Below are positions 24,601 through 36,700 of a stretch of 64,000 nt of DNA, in pieces. This DNA comes from Carpediemonas membranifera BICM. Lineage: Eukaryota; Protista; Fornicata. The stretch is taken from positions 436,664 through 500,663 of the forward strand of contig JAHDYR010000001.1 of NCBI GenBank assembly GCA_019828565.1, given 5' to 3'. Each line of letters opens with the position of its first letter. Position 1 is the first letter of the stretch. Position numbers and translations under genes: made by a program. The notes below the pieces were generated by a model. The model was not told the origin of the DNA. It did no database searches and saw only the letters and a list, made by a program, of their open reading frames with translations.

Positions 24601-27600
24601 CTGGGTTGCATGCGGTTTCCCATCGGATGGGACGAAACAACCCTTGTCCGCTGTTAAGCAACTGTCCTGGCCTTCATTAGGCTGGTACTTTCCGTCATCG
24701 CATGGCAGCTCCTCGGCTCGGTCGCTGTCTGGCACGTAGTAACCGGCTCTGGCGGGCAGACAGTCGGCCTCGCCTGTAGTGGGGGCATAGTGGCCGATGG
24801 GGCACATGGTACACCGCGTCTCGTGCGGCTTGTCCTGGTACTGGCCGTCTGGGCACGGGATGGGACGAAGGTGGGGTTCACCGTCGTCAGGAACATAGTA
24901 CCCGGGCTGGGTCTCGAGACACTTGCTCTGTGCAGGTTTAGGCTGGTACATGCCACTGTCACACACCACCTGCTCACCGTGGTTGCCGTCATAAACATAC
25001 CACCCGGCTGTAGCAGGATTGCAGTCGACCGTCGCGGTGACGTTAGTGTAATAACCCGACTCACACGTGACACAGTGACTCTGACCGACCGCGTCCTGGT
25101 GCTTGCCCTTGGCACAGGCTGTCTGGCTCGGATGGGCCTCGGCCTTGTCGGGCACGAAGTAGCCCTTGCTGGCTACCACGCATTCGCTCTGGCCCTCCTT
25201 CGGCTGGTACTTGCCGTTGTAGCATGGCAGCTGCGTCGGGTGAGGCGTCTTTGCAGCAGTATCGTCGGCACGGTAGTAGCCAGCGCTGGTGGTCTTGCAG
25301 CCGCTCTTGCCAGTCTCGTCCTGGTACTTCCCGCCCATGTCACACGGGTCCTGTGTCGCGTGTGGTCGACTGTCCTTCGGCACGTGATACCCCCTTGTCC
25401 GCCGGGTCACAGTTGGCCTGACCGGTCTTGGCCTGCCACGTGCCGTTGTCACAATAGTCCTGGGTTGCATGCGGTTTCCCATCGGATGGGACGAAACAAC
25501 CCTTGTCCGCTGTTAAGCAACTGTCCTGGCCTTCATTAGGCTGGTACTTTCCGTCATCGCATGGCAGCTCCTCGGCTCGGTCGCTGTCTGGCACGTAGTA
25601 ACCGGCTCTGGCGGGCAGACAGTCGGCCTAGCCTGTAGTGGGGGCATAGTGGCCGATGGGGCACATGGTACACCGCGTCTCGTGCGGCTTGTCCTGGTAC
25701 TGGCCGTCTGGGCACGGGATGGGACGAAGGTGGGGTTCACCGTCGTCAGGAACATAGTACCCGGGCTGGGTCTCGAGACACTTGCTCTGTGCAGGTTTAG
25801 GCTGGTACATGCCACTGTCACACACCACCTGCTCACCGTGGTTGCCGTCATAAACATACCACCCGGCTGTAGCAGGATTGCAGTCGACCGTCGCGGTGAC
25901 GTTAGTGTAATAACCCGACTCACACGTGACACAGTGACTCTGACCGACCGCGTCCTGGTGCTTGCCCTTGGCACAGGCTGTCTGGCTCGGATGGGCCTCG
26001 GCCTTGTCGGGCACGAAGTAGCCCTTGCTGGCTACCACGCATTCGCTCTGGCCCTCCTTCGGCTGGTACTTGCCGTTGTAGCATGGCAGCTGCGTCGGGT
26101 GAGGCGTCTTTGCAGCAGTATCGTCGGCACGGTAGTAGCCAGCGCTGGTGGTCTTGCAGCCGCTCTTGCCAGTCTCGTCCTGGTACTTCCCGCCCATGTC
26201 ACACGGGTCCTGTGTCGCGTGTGGTCGACTGTCCTTCGGCACGTGATACCCCTTGTCCGCCGGGTCACAGTTGGCCTGACCGGTCTTGGCCTGCCACGTG
26301 CCGTTGTCACAATAGTCCTGGGTTGCATGCGGTTTCCCATCGGATGGGACGAAACAACCCTTGTCCGCTGTTAAGCAACTGTCCTGGCCTTCATTAGGCT
26401 GGTACTTTCCGTCATCGCATGGCAGCTCCTCGGCTCGGTCGCTGTCTGGCACGTAGTAACCGGCTCTGGCGGGCAGACAGTCGGCCTCGCCTGTAGTGGG
26501 GGCATAGTGGCCGATGGGGCACATGGTACACCGCGTCTCGTGCGGCTTGTCCTGGTACTGGCCGTCTGGGCACGGGATGGGACGAAGGTGGGGTTCACCG
26601 TCGTCAGGAACATAGTACCCGGGCTGGGTCTCGAGACACTTGCTCTGTGCAGGTTTAGGCTGGTACATGCCACTGTCACACACCACCTGCTCACCGTGGT
26701 TGCCGTCATAAACATACCACCCGGCTGTAGCAGGATTGCAGTCGACCGTCGCGGTGACGTTAGTGTAATAACCCGACTCACACGTGACACAGTGACTCTG
26801 ACCGACCGCGTCCTGGTGCTTGCCCTTGGCACAGGCTGTCTGGCTCGGATGGGCCTCGGCCTTGTCGGGCACGAAGTAGCCCTTGCTGGCTACCACGCAT
26901 TCGCTCTGGCCCTCCTTCGGCTGGTACTTGCCGTTGTAGCATGGCAGCTGCGTCGGGTGAGGCGTCTTTGCAGCAGTATCGTCGGCACGGTAGTAGCCAG
27001 CGCTGGTGGTCTTGCAGCCGCTCTTGCCAGTCTCGTCCTGGTACTTCCCGCCCATGTCACACGGGTCCTGTGTCGCGTGTGGTCGACTGTCCTTCGGCAC
27101 GTGATACCCCTTGTCCGCCGGGTCACAGTTGGCCTGACCGGTCTTGGCCTGCCACGTGCCGTTGTCACAATAGTCCTGGGTTGCATGCGGTTTCCCATCG
27201 GATGGGACGAAACAACCCTTGTCCGCTGTTAAGCAACTGTCCTGGCCTTCATTAGGCTGGTACTTTCCGTCATCGCATGGCAGCTCCTCGGCTCGGTCGC
27301 TGTCTGGCACGTAGTAACCGGCTCTGGCGGGCAGACAGTCGGCCTCGCCTGTAGTGGGGGCATAGTGGCCGATGGGGCACATGGTACACCGCGTCTCGTG
27401 CGGCTTGTCCTGGTACTGGCCGTCTGGGCACGGGATGGGACGAAGGTGGGGTTCACCGTCGTCAGGAACATAGTACCCGGGCTGGGTCTCGAGACACTTG
27501 CTCTGTGCAGGTTTAGGCTGGTACATGCCACTGTCACACACCACCTGCTCACCGTGGTTGCCGTCATAAACATACCACCCGGCTGTAGCAGGATTGCAGT

Positions 27601-30600
27601 CGACCGTCGCGGTGACGTTAGTGTAATAACCCGACTCACACGTGACACAGTGACTCTGACCGACCGCGTCCTGGTGCTTGCCCTTGGCACAGGCTGTCTG
27701 GCTCGGATGGGCCTCGGCCTTGTCGGGCACGAAGTAGCCCTTGCTGGCTACCACGCATTCGCTCTGGCCCTCCTTCGGCTGGTACTTGCCGTTGTAGCAT
27801 GGCAGCTGCGTCGGGTGAGGCGTCTTTGCAGCAGTATCGTCGGCACGGTAGTAGCCAGCGCTGGTGGTCTTGCAGCCGCTCTTGCCAGTCTCGTCCTGGT
27901 ACTTCCCGCCCATGTCACACGGGTCCTGTGTCGCGTGTGGTCGACTGTCCTTCGGCACGTGATACCCCTTGTCCGCCGGGTCACAGTTGGCCTGACCGGT
28001 CTTGGCCTGCCACGTGCCGTTGTCACAATAGTCCTGGGTTGCATGCGGTTTCCCATCGGATGGGACGAAACAACCCTTGTCCGCTGTTAAGCAACTGTCC
28101 TGGCCTTCATTAGGCTGGTACTTTCCGTCATCGCATGGCAGCTCCTCGGCTCGGTCGCTGTCTGGCACGTAGTAACCGGCTCTGGCGGGCAGACAGTCGG
28201 CCTCGCCTGTAGTGGGGGCATAGTGGCCGATGGGGCACATGGTACACCGCGTCTCGTGCGGCTTGTCCTGGTACTGGCCGTCTGGGCACGGGATGGGACG
28301 AAGGTGGGGTTCACCGTCGTCAGGAACATAGTACCCGGGCTGGGTCTCGAGACACTTGCTCTGTGCAGGTTTAGGCTGGTACATGCCACTGTCACACACC
28401 ACCTGCTCACCGTGGTTGCCGTCATAAACATACCACCCGGCTGTAGCAGGATTGCAGTCGACCGTCGCGGTGACGTTAGTGTAATAACCCGACTCACACG
28501 TGACACAGTGACTCTGACCGACCGCGTCCTGGTGCTTGCCCTTGGCACAGGCTGTCTGGCTCGGATGGGCCTCGGCCTTGTCGGGCACGAAGTAGCCCTT
28601 GCTGGCTACCACGCATTCGCTCTGGCCCTCCTTCGGCTGGTACTTGCCGTTGTAGCATGGCAGCTGCGTCGGGTGAGGCGTCTTTGCAGCAGTATCGTCG
28701 GCACGGTAGTAGCCAGCGCTGGTGGTCTTGCAGCCGCTCTTGCCAGTCTCGTCCTGGTACTTCCCGCCCATGTCACACGGGTCCTGTGTCGCGTGTGGTC
28801 GACTGTCCTTCGGCACGTGATACCCCTTGTCCGCCGGGTCACAGTTGGCCTGACCGGTCTTGGCCTGCCACGTGCCGTTGTCACAATAGTCCTGGGTTGC
28901 ATGCGGTTTCCCATCGGATGGGACGAAACAACCCTTGTCCGCTGTTAAGCAACTGTCCTGGCCTTCATTAGGCTGGTACTTTCCGTCATCGCATGGCAGC
29001 TCCTCGGCTCGGTCGCTGTCTGGCACGTAGTAACCGGCTCTGGCGGGCAGACAGTCGGCCTCGCCTGTAGTGGGGGCATAGTGGCCGATGGGGCACATGG
29101 TACACCGCGTCTCGTGCGGCTTGTCCTGGTACTGGCCGTCTGGGCACGGGATGGGACGAAGGTGGGGTTCACCGTCGTCAGGAACATAGTACCCGGGCTG
29201 GGTCTCGAGACACTTGCTCTGTGCAGGTTTAGGCTGGTACATGCCACTGTCACACACCACCTGCTCACCGTGGTTGCCGTCATAAACATACCACCCGGCT
29301 GTAGCAGGATTGCAGTCGACCGTCGCGGTGACGTTAGTGTAATAACCCGACTCACACGTGACACAGTGACTCTGACCGACCGCGTCCTGGTGCTTGCCCT
29401 TGGCACAGGCTGTCTGGCTCGGATGGGCCTCGGCCTTGTCGGGCACGAAGTAGCCCTTGCTGGCTACCACGCATTCGCTCTGGCCCTCCTTCGGCTGGTA
29501 CTTGCCGTTGTAGCATGGCAGCTGCGTCGGGTGAGGCGTCTTTGCAGCAGTATCGTCGGCACGGTAGTAGCCAGCGCTGGTGGTCTTGCAGCCGCTCTTG
29601 CCAGTCTCGTCCTGGTACTTCCCGCCCATGTCACACGGGTCCTGTGTCGCGTGTGGTCGACTGTCCTTCGGCACGTGATACCCCTTGTCCGCCGGGTCAC
29701 AGTTGGCCTGACCGGTCTTGGCCTGCCACGTGCCGTTGTCACAATAGTCCTGCGCGGCGTGAGCCTTGCCGTCGTCGGGGACATGGAATCCCGCCGAGGC
29801 CTCGACACACGCGCTCTGGCCCTCCTTCGGCTGGTATTTGCTGTTATGACAAGGCCGTTGCTTCGTGTGGTCATCACCAGTGACGTGATACCCCGGCGAT
29901 GCCTTGATGCATTCCAACGCATCCTCACCCGAATATTGGCCGGTCGGGCAGGCGGTACAGGTCTGCTCGTCAGAGGCGAATGTGCCCGGTGGGCATACCT
30001 CCTCGTCAGTGTAGACGGCTCCGGCCCCGGTGCTCTCATCTACGGCCCCGGCGACGATCATGTTCTTATCCATGAAGACGGCGTTGCCAAGGTGGGCCTG
30101 GTTCCCCAGCGAAGAGATGGGCGCCATCTTCTGATTGTATGCCCATGATCCGACGTGCTTGTAGAGGTAGAGAGCCCCGCTGTCGGTGGCGTCGCCGTCG
30201 TCGAGCGGGGCTCCGATCGTCAGGTAATGTCCGAACACCCCAACCGAGCTGCCGAAGTGATCCTTCGCATTGGGGTCGGGGGCCGAGACCTGTTGCTCCT
30301 CCTTCCATGACCCGCTCGCCAGGTTATAAATATAGACCATACCCGTCTCCTCCTTGCCGCTGTGGGAGCAGTAGGGCGCTCCGATGGCGACCCGGGCATT
30401 GTCGGTCGCTACAGCCGTGCCGAACTGCTCGCCGGCGACGTAACCCTGCCACAGTAGGTTGTTGTACCATCTCTTGCCGTCATGGTTCCAGACGTAGACA
30501 GCACCGTTATTACCGCTACGGGGAGCGCCGATGAAAGCAAAATCGCCACTGAGGGCCACAGACCGGCCATATTGCATGGTGAGGCTGGCGCTGCGTGCAG

Positions 30601-31186
30601 ACAGCTTGGCTTCACTGCTCCATTCCCCGCCAGAGAGGGTGAAGACGTAGGCGTCAAACGTGCCCGTCCCCGTCGTCTTGGCGAGGTAGGGCTGGCCTAC
30701 AAGAAGGGTGTTCCCCTCCAGATCCAATGCATAGCCAAAGTTGGCGGCGTCAGCCTTGTTGCTGGCTTGCAGCATCTGGGTCTGGGTGAATTTCAGCCCG
30801 TCACGCTCGAACGTGTACACAGCGCCCTGGCCGTTTGAGAAGTGGCTGGCCCCAACTATGAGCCAGCTATCGTCTAGGCGGACAGCACTGCCGAAGTTGT
30901 CCTGCGCGTGGCCGTTGCTGGCGTGGTGCTGCTTTTGCTGGCTCCACGCAATTCTGCCCAAGTCCTTGGTGAAGACGTATACGCTGCCTTTCTCTGACTC
31001 GGTGCCAATGGCTCCAACAACCATGACCTCGCCGTCAAGGGCAATGGCCCAGCCAAATCCGTCGTTCGGGTGGCTGTTGGCAGCAGTGAGGTGGTATGAA
31101 GCATCCTTGCCTGAAACAGGAGCGATCAGGGACACGATAAGCACTATCACTACCAGGAGACGCATCATCGTAGCGATCCTGCTCAT
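21612..31186 (-). pseudogene. Giant type I membrane protein, 5' part: signal peptide, FG-GAP beta-propeller, Cys-rich (GCC2/GCC3, ephrin-receptor-like) repeats
   Basis: Signal peptide RLLVVIVLIVSLIAPVSG; repeated FG.A/SV...GAP...GAVY; CxxCxxG-Y repeats; stop at 25628 and three +1 indels in the array; interrupted by Ty3-1. Confidence 0.85.
22419..29752. repeat. Coding tandem array, 858-bp unit (286 aa), about 8.5 copies
   Basis: ORF track recurs with exact 858-bp period (e.g. 25649, 26507, 27365, 28223, 29081); copies are nearly identical. Confidence 0.97.
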
Positions 31187-31310
31187 AGCCACCGATCGTC
31201 GTCAATCTTCCACGATCACTTTCGACAGGTCAAGTCTGGTCAGATCGCTTACTGGCCACCCGAGCCATGCGTTCTGCCAGGACGGGCCTCTGACCCGGTG
31301 CGGCAGGAAT

Positions 31311-32804
31311 ATGGAATATGAAGAGATCATTTTATCATGCATCCTCGCTGACGGCTTCGACCGCCTTATTAAGCTCTCTGCTGCGTGTGTTCAACTCCAG
31401 AGATGGATCCCACTTACCATACGTCATACGTCATACTTGTCTCGTATCATCCTCCGCGACTTCCTTGGCGTCGAGCACGGCAACATCAGCCTTATACCCG
31501 GCGTCAACATCCTCCAGGGTCCAAACGGCCTCGGTAAGTCATCCTTTCTCAAGGCTATTGCATTTTCCTGTATGCCAGTCACCAAGCGGGCCGTGAAACT
31601 GCCGAAAGAGCTAGCCCAGTTCGATGTGAAGCTCTTCATCCGGAAGGCCGCGGATGTGAAGCGTGCCACTGTGTCAGTCGAACTTGTGGCCAAGGACTGT
31701 GTCTCAAGCCAGCCCCCAGTGGTCACGGTGACCCGCACTGTGACAAAGCAGGGCAGGTCGACGTTCAAGCTCAACAACAGGACGATCCGTCCGGCAGACC
31801 TGGACGAGGCGCTGCTGCAGATGGATGTAGACCTTGCCTCGCCGCTGCAGTACGTGTTCCAGGAGAATGCCCAAGCCAGCGCGACCCTGACGATCCGACA
31901 CCGTCTCTCACTTGTCCTGCAGGCGTTGGTAGGAGGGAGGGAGCTCTCTGACATGAAGGTCGACATCAAGCGGCAGACTGCTAACCGCGCCAAGCTCTCT
32001 CAGGACACAACAGCGCTGGAGCAGGAGTACAAGTCCAAGAGCGAGGAGCTGGCTGTGCTGCAGTCCCAGTACAGCAGGGCCTGTGAGTTCGCCGCAATGA
32101 GCACCGAGCTGAAGGAGCTCCGCACGCTGCTGCACTGGCGTCGGTTCGAGGTGGCCCACAACGACTATCGCTCACTGACCCGAGAGAACGCCGACACCAC
32201 CACGGCCCGGGACCACGCCGCAGCTGACCTGGAGGACGCCCAGCAGGCCCGTGACGAGGCTGCCATCGCTCTCCGTGACGCCCAGGCCGAGGCCCAGCGT
32301 GTCTCGGCGCTCATGGGAGAGCAGGTGCGGGCGATGCGGGGTGCTAGGGGCGAGCTACAGTCGATCGAGTCTGCCCTGCGTCGGTACGACGATGAAGTGG
32401 CGGAGGGGGTTAACCTTGGTCGGTCGACCGAGGGGCTGGAGAGCGTTGAGGCCATCGAGGAGAAGGTCATCACGCTCTCTAAGGAGGCAAAGCGGATACA
32501 GAAGACACTGGAGGTCCAGAAGGACAAGAAACGGGAGCTGGACGAGGGTCTCGTGGCCGCCATGGAGGAGCACCGCCAGGCCGAGGAAGAGGCCGCCGAG
32601 CTCAGGCGGAAGGCGACGCAGCTGCATCAGAGTGTGCAGAGGGCCTACGCCAGCCAGCTCATTCACGCCAGGGCCGCCTTCAACACGGCGTTCCCCGATG
32701 CCGCTGAGGCCACTATCGTCAGCATTCTCAAGGGAGACAAGCTCACGCTGGGCCCGGCAGATGATCAGCAGGTTTTTCCGCCGCTTCCCTGTAAGGTAAG
32801 GTAA
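31311..32804 (+). CDS. SMC-family (possibly SMC5/6-like) N-terminal ATPase head and coiled coil; apparently truncated
   Basis: LRDF, GVNILQGPNGLGKSS Walker A, FQE Q-loop, long heptad region; no hinge or Walker B seen; ends in (GTAAG)4. Confidence 0.65.
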   Translation: MEYEEIILSCILADGFDRLIKLSAACVQLQRWIPLTIRHTSYLSRIILRDFLGVEHGNISLIPGVNILQGPNGLGKSSFLKAIAFSCMPVTKRAVKLPKELAQFDVKLFIRKAADVKRATVSVELVAKDCVSSQPPVVTVTRTVTKQGRSTFKLNNRTIRPADLDEALLQMDVDLASPLQYVFQENAQASATLTIRHRLSLVLQALVGGRELSDMKVDIKRQTANRAKLSQDTTALEQEYKSKSEELAVLQSQYSRACEFAAMSTELKELRTLLHWRRFEVAHNDYRSLTRENADTTTARDHAAADLEDAQQARDEAAIALRDAQAEAQRVSALMGEQVRAMRGARGELQSIESALRRYDDEVAEGVNLGRSTEGLESVEAIEEKVITLSKEAKRIQKTLEVQKDKKRELDEGLVAAMEEHRQAEEEAAELRRKATQLHQSVQRAYASQLIHARAAFNTAFPDAAEATIVSILKGDKLTLGPADDQQVFPPLPCKVR

Positions 32805-33641
32805 GGTAAGGTGATCTGACTGAGAATGGCGGTGGGAATGTTTGTCACTTATGATGAACATTTACCGTGTTACATACTATTAAATACGGCTAGCCTCTGG
32901 ACCTCGTGCCAAGGGGTCCTTCCAGGAGGGTTTTAAAAAAATCTTCGGTCCACATTCTGATGTGGCTCAATATGAATCTCGTCACTTTACAACCCACGCC
33001 CAAACACCGACCATGACAACTATGCCAGCGCAAGACTCTGTTCCGTATCGCATCGTTGAACATTCCCGACAGTCATCAAGCGAACAACGATATCACTTCA
33101 GAACAATTTCTCAGTGGTTGAAAACGAGGCAATGGCATCAGAAACGTCTTGGACAAGGATGTTGGAAGGGCGTTGGCACTGGAACCCTCGGGCGAATGGT
33201 CACTTTGAATTGATTCAAGTTGTTCTGGCCAGAGGGATCAAATCCACGCCCATATGATGATGCAAGCGAAAAATCGTAGCTTCAACACAGTTTTGCCATC
33301 AATCCCGGTAGTTCTAGGTGTCTCCGTCGCATCTGATTACAGCAATTTCTTAACCCAGTCTGACGTTGCAGACATATTCATTCACTAGTCAATCCAAACG
33401 GGAAATATTTCTGTCACCCGAGTTACCAGTCGAGTGACTCCGCCGTCTGGCGGGTGGGTGCGGCTCCTTTACCCACTGAGCTGGTGCGCGACCCAATGCG
33501 ATTTTGGGTTGTTCTCGTTATCGTCGTCCATCGTTCCCAACTGGGAACGATCCTGATACGATTTGATTCCCCGAGCCAAATCGGTTGAGCCAAATCCGTC
33601 GCCCATGCTCCAATGTCACTCCCTCTGGTATGAGGAGCTAA

Positions 33642-33723
33642 GTGCGGATGGCCGAGTGGTCTAAGGCGCTGGTTTAAGGCACCAGTCTCTTCGGGGGCGT
33701 GGGTTCGAATCCCACTTCGCACA
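33642..33723 (+). tRNA. tRNA-Leu (anticodon AAG)
   Basis: Acceptor GTGCGGA/TTCGCAC plus discriminator A; A-box TGGCCGAGTGG; anticodon arm CTGGT-ttAAGgc-ACCAG; long variable arm; B-box GGTTCGAATCC. Confidence 0.95.
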
Positions 33724-36700
33724 TATGTTTATTGACGAATCGGTCAGCGCTACGGAGAAGCACACGGAGGGCTCGTTCGACGTCGTGGTCGCTCGTGGGC
33801 ACGCTCGGGGTGGTGTGGGGGCGATACGAGGCGTTGGGCCTAAAAGTGCGCGTTGCAGATTTTCGGCACTTCGACACCGAATGCGGGAATTTCGCTGAGA
33901 AAGCAACGAATACGGAAAGTAGCGCTGAAAAAGAAATCAATATCAATTAGTCATCGCAAAAGGCGTTGTAGCCATGCGATGCAAGCACAGCGACCGCGTG
34001 CCGTGCTTCTTCAGTCCAATCACGGGCAACGAGGCAGTTTCCTCTCCAAATTGCTGCGAAAACACGTTCATGAACACGTGTTGCGTTCTTGCCGCTCATC
34101 AAAGCGGTGAACTCCTTCATCCAACCGTTTGCCGTCACCACGTGGCCGCCCATCTCTGAGCGCCTACCGCAGCGCCCATCGAGGGACACTACGGCCGGGA
34201 TCACATCAACATTCCACGGGGCGTACCGCTCACGCTTCTTCCGAGCCGTGTCGTGGTACTCGTTCGAGACCACAACATCGATGGCCGTAGGGTTCGTGCC
34301 GCGGTCGTTGAACGCGAAGACGTCAACTCGGGCGTCTCTGTGCGTTGTGTCGGGGTCTTTCGTGTAACGGGAGGAGTGGCGGAGCCAGAACTCCTTCCTG
34401 GCAGGGACACCGTTGTTTGAGAGCTCCGAGAAGAGACTCTCGACGATCGTGTCGTGCCTGGCGGTGGTCTTGGCTCCTCCGTGAAGGCATTTGCATGTCA
34501 CCATATGCTCTGGGGTGGCCAACACGTGTCGGGGGTCAGCTCCGACGTTCAACTGGCCTGATGCCGCATTGGTTACTGACTTCAGGGCACAGATTGGACA
34601 GAACTTAGTCGCGGACACGAAGGCAGCAAGCCCGAGGTGCTTTCTGAGGGCCGCCTGCAGCGGGACACCTGTAAGGCTCGTTGTGTGATCGTGACTGCGA
34701 AGGGGGTCGGCAGTCAGCGCGCGGCTTAGCACACTGGGCTGCGCTGTGTCGACACGAGCTTCCTTGGTCATGTTGGTAGTTATCTTGTCAACCAAGTGTG
34801 CCTGTGTCTTCTCAGGCAGGGCCAGCAGCTGGGCTTCGGTGACTGGCCAACCAGTTGTGAGGTGCTGGAAACCTTCGCTGATTGTGGAAAGGGTGGCAGG
34901 AAGGCCATGCTTCTCCCCGTACCGTGCAAGTTGGCGCAGGGCACCAATCCTGGCACACGGCCAGACGATAGTGGGCATCGCGAAGCCCAGGCCACCATGC
35001 TTTGCCGGCAGCCCCAAGGCCTGACTGATGTCTGGCGACAGGGTGCGGCCAAGCACCTTCCCAACGACGTCGGATAGGGTGGACTGGCAGAAGGTCTCTG
35101 CGGGAGTGAGCACCTCGGGGGTGGGATCGACATTACGCATCAAGTGTGCAATCTTGGGGAGGACACAGAACTTGATCATCGACAGGGCTGGGCCAACACC
35201 CTCCGCACCGACATCCTCGCTGAAGTCGGCGATGGCCTTGAGGGTCAGGGCAGCCTTGTCAACAACTCTCTGCACTTCTCCCCGGACGAACGACTCCCGG
35301 ACCGACGGGAACACCGGTGATCACATGGGCCCCCACTCTACGGACATGGTCGGGGCGATCCAGGTTGGTGTCATGCCCGGCACCTTGGATGAGCGCGACG
35401 CACTTGGACAGGTTGAGGCTCATCCCCACTTGGGAGAAGAGCTGCTTAGCGGTTTTCGCGATCTCATCAGCCGATGCCCGGTCGGTCAGGATGTACGTGT
35501 CGTCCTGGTACGCGACTACACGGACGTTGTAGATGCTGCGTAGACGATCCAAGACGGGCTTCATCCCAAGGGAGAATAGAAGCGGAGACAGCGGGTCACC
35601 CTGCTGAACCCCTTCCTCTGAACGAAGGACGACTCCCGACGTGGAGAGGAGCAGCGACGAAGAGTACTGCCCCTTCACGTAGTCAACCAGGGCGGGACAG
35701 TAGGTGCTGACACATCTCAGCAGGAAGTCCCGGCTCAGGGTATTGTACGCGTTCGACAGGTCCAGGGATAGGACCGTACCACCGTCGTCGAAGTGACGCC
35801 TGGTGATGGCGACCATGCGCTCCAGACCACAACTCTCTCCCAACCCGAACTGGTCAACGAAGACCTCCTCGCGGAGCTTCGGCAGGACCGTTTCGGCAGC
35901 AGCCTTGGCCGCGATGCGGCGCAGGGCTTCTCCCATTGCTACCGGACGGAGCTTGCCGTTCTTCTTCGGGATGGGTACTAAGATGCTGTGGCTGAAGATT
36001 GCGTAGTTATTGTCACCATCGATGATCGCCTGCACGATCGGCAAGAGAGCTGCGACGAGCTCCTTGCGCATGATCTTGTAGGCTACCCTCAGGTGGAGGA
36101 AGCTCAGGCCGGTGGGTCCGGGAGCCTTGTCGGCGGGGAGGGACCCAAGAGCTTTCTTGAGAATCTTTCGGGGAGATGGTGATAGACGATAACGGGGCCG
36201 CTGGCACGTCTGACCAAGAGAAAGCCTCGAGGCCATCAGGGGAGGGGTGTGCTTGCAGCTCCGCCAACTCGCGGTCGACCTCCTCGTCCGACTTGGACTG
36301 CTCAGGGCACATGAGCGTATTGACTGCTCTTGCCAAGTAGCCACTCTTGGCTTGAAGTAGTGCACGCTTGCTCCTGCGGGTGCGGGCCCGGTTGGGGGCG
36401 GACCTAGGGGGACGGCGAGAGGAGGCGACAAAGGTGTCCAGCGTTGCTGGGTACCTCGCGAGCTGGAGTAGACGTTCCGTCTTCGTGGCAGGCTGGGCCG
36501 AAGCGACATCTGTCAACCGGTCGACAAGACCGCGTGACCAGGCGGTCGCCTTCCGGGTTGAGGGCTTCATGCGACCCAGTGATAGGGCTACTTTCGGAGA
36601 CGGGAGCCACTCCGGCCGCCTGTTCGCACCGTCGTGACGGCACGTGAACATGATGGCGGGGGGAGGAGGGAGTGGAGTGGCGAGGGATGACTCGAGCTGT

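Noticed and set aside
22419-29752. CRISPR-like array, or real genes in the recurring alternative-frame ORFs
   Set aside because: No unique spacers; the 858-bp unit codes in one minus-strand frame and the other ORFs are shadows.
30741-31310. N-terminal 190 aa of the 687-aa ORF
   Set aside because: Mostly antisense overlap with the FG-GAP gene; ATG 31311 is the plausible start.
32820-33640. Possible ncRNA or ORFs upstream of the tRNA (GAGCCAAATC twice, small hairpins)
   Set aside because: No recognisable family; the patterns are short enough to be chance.
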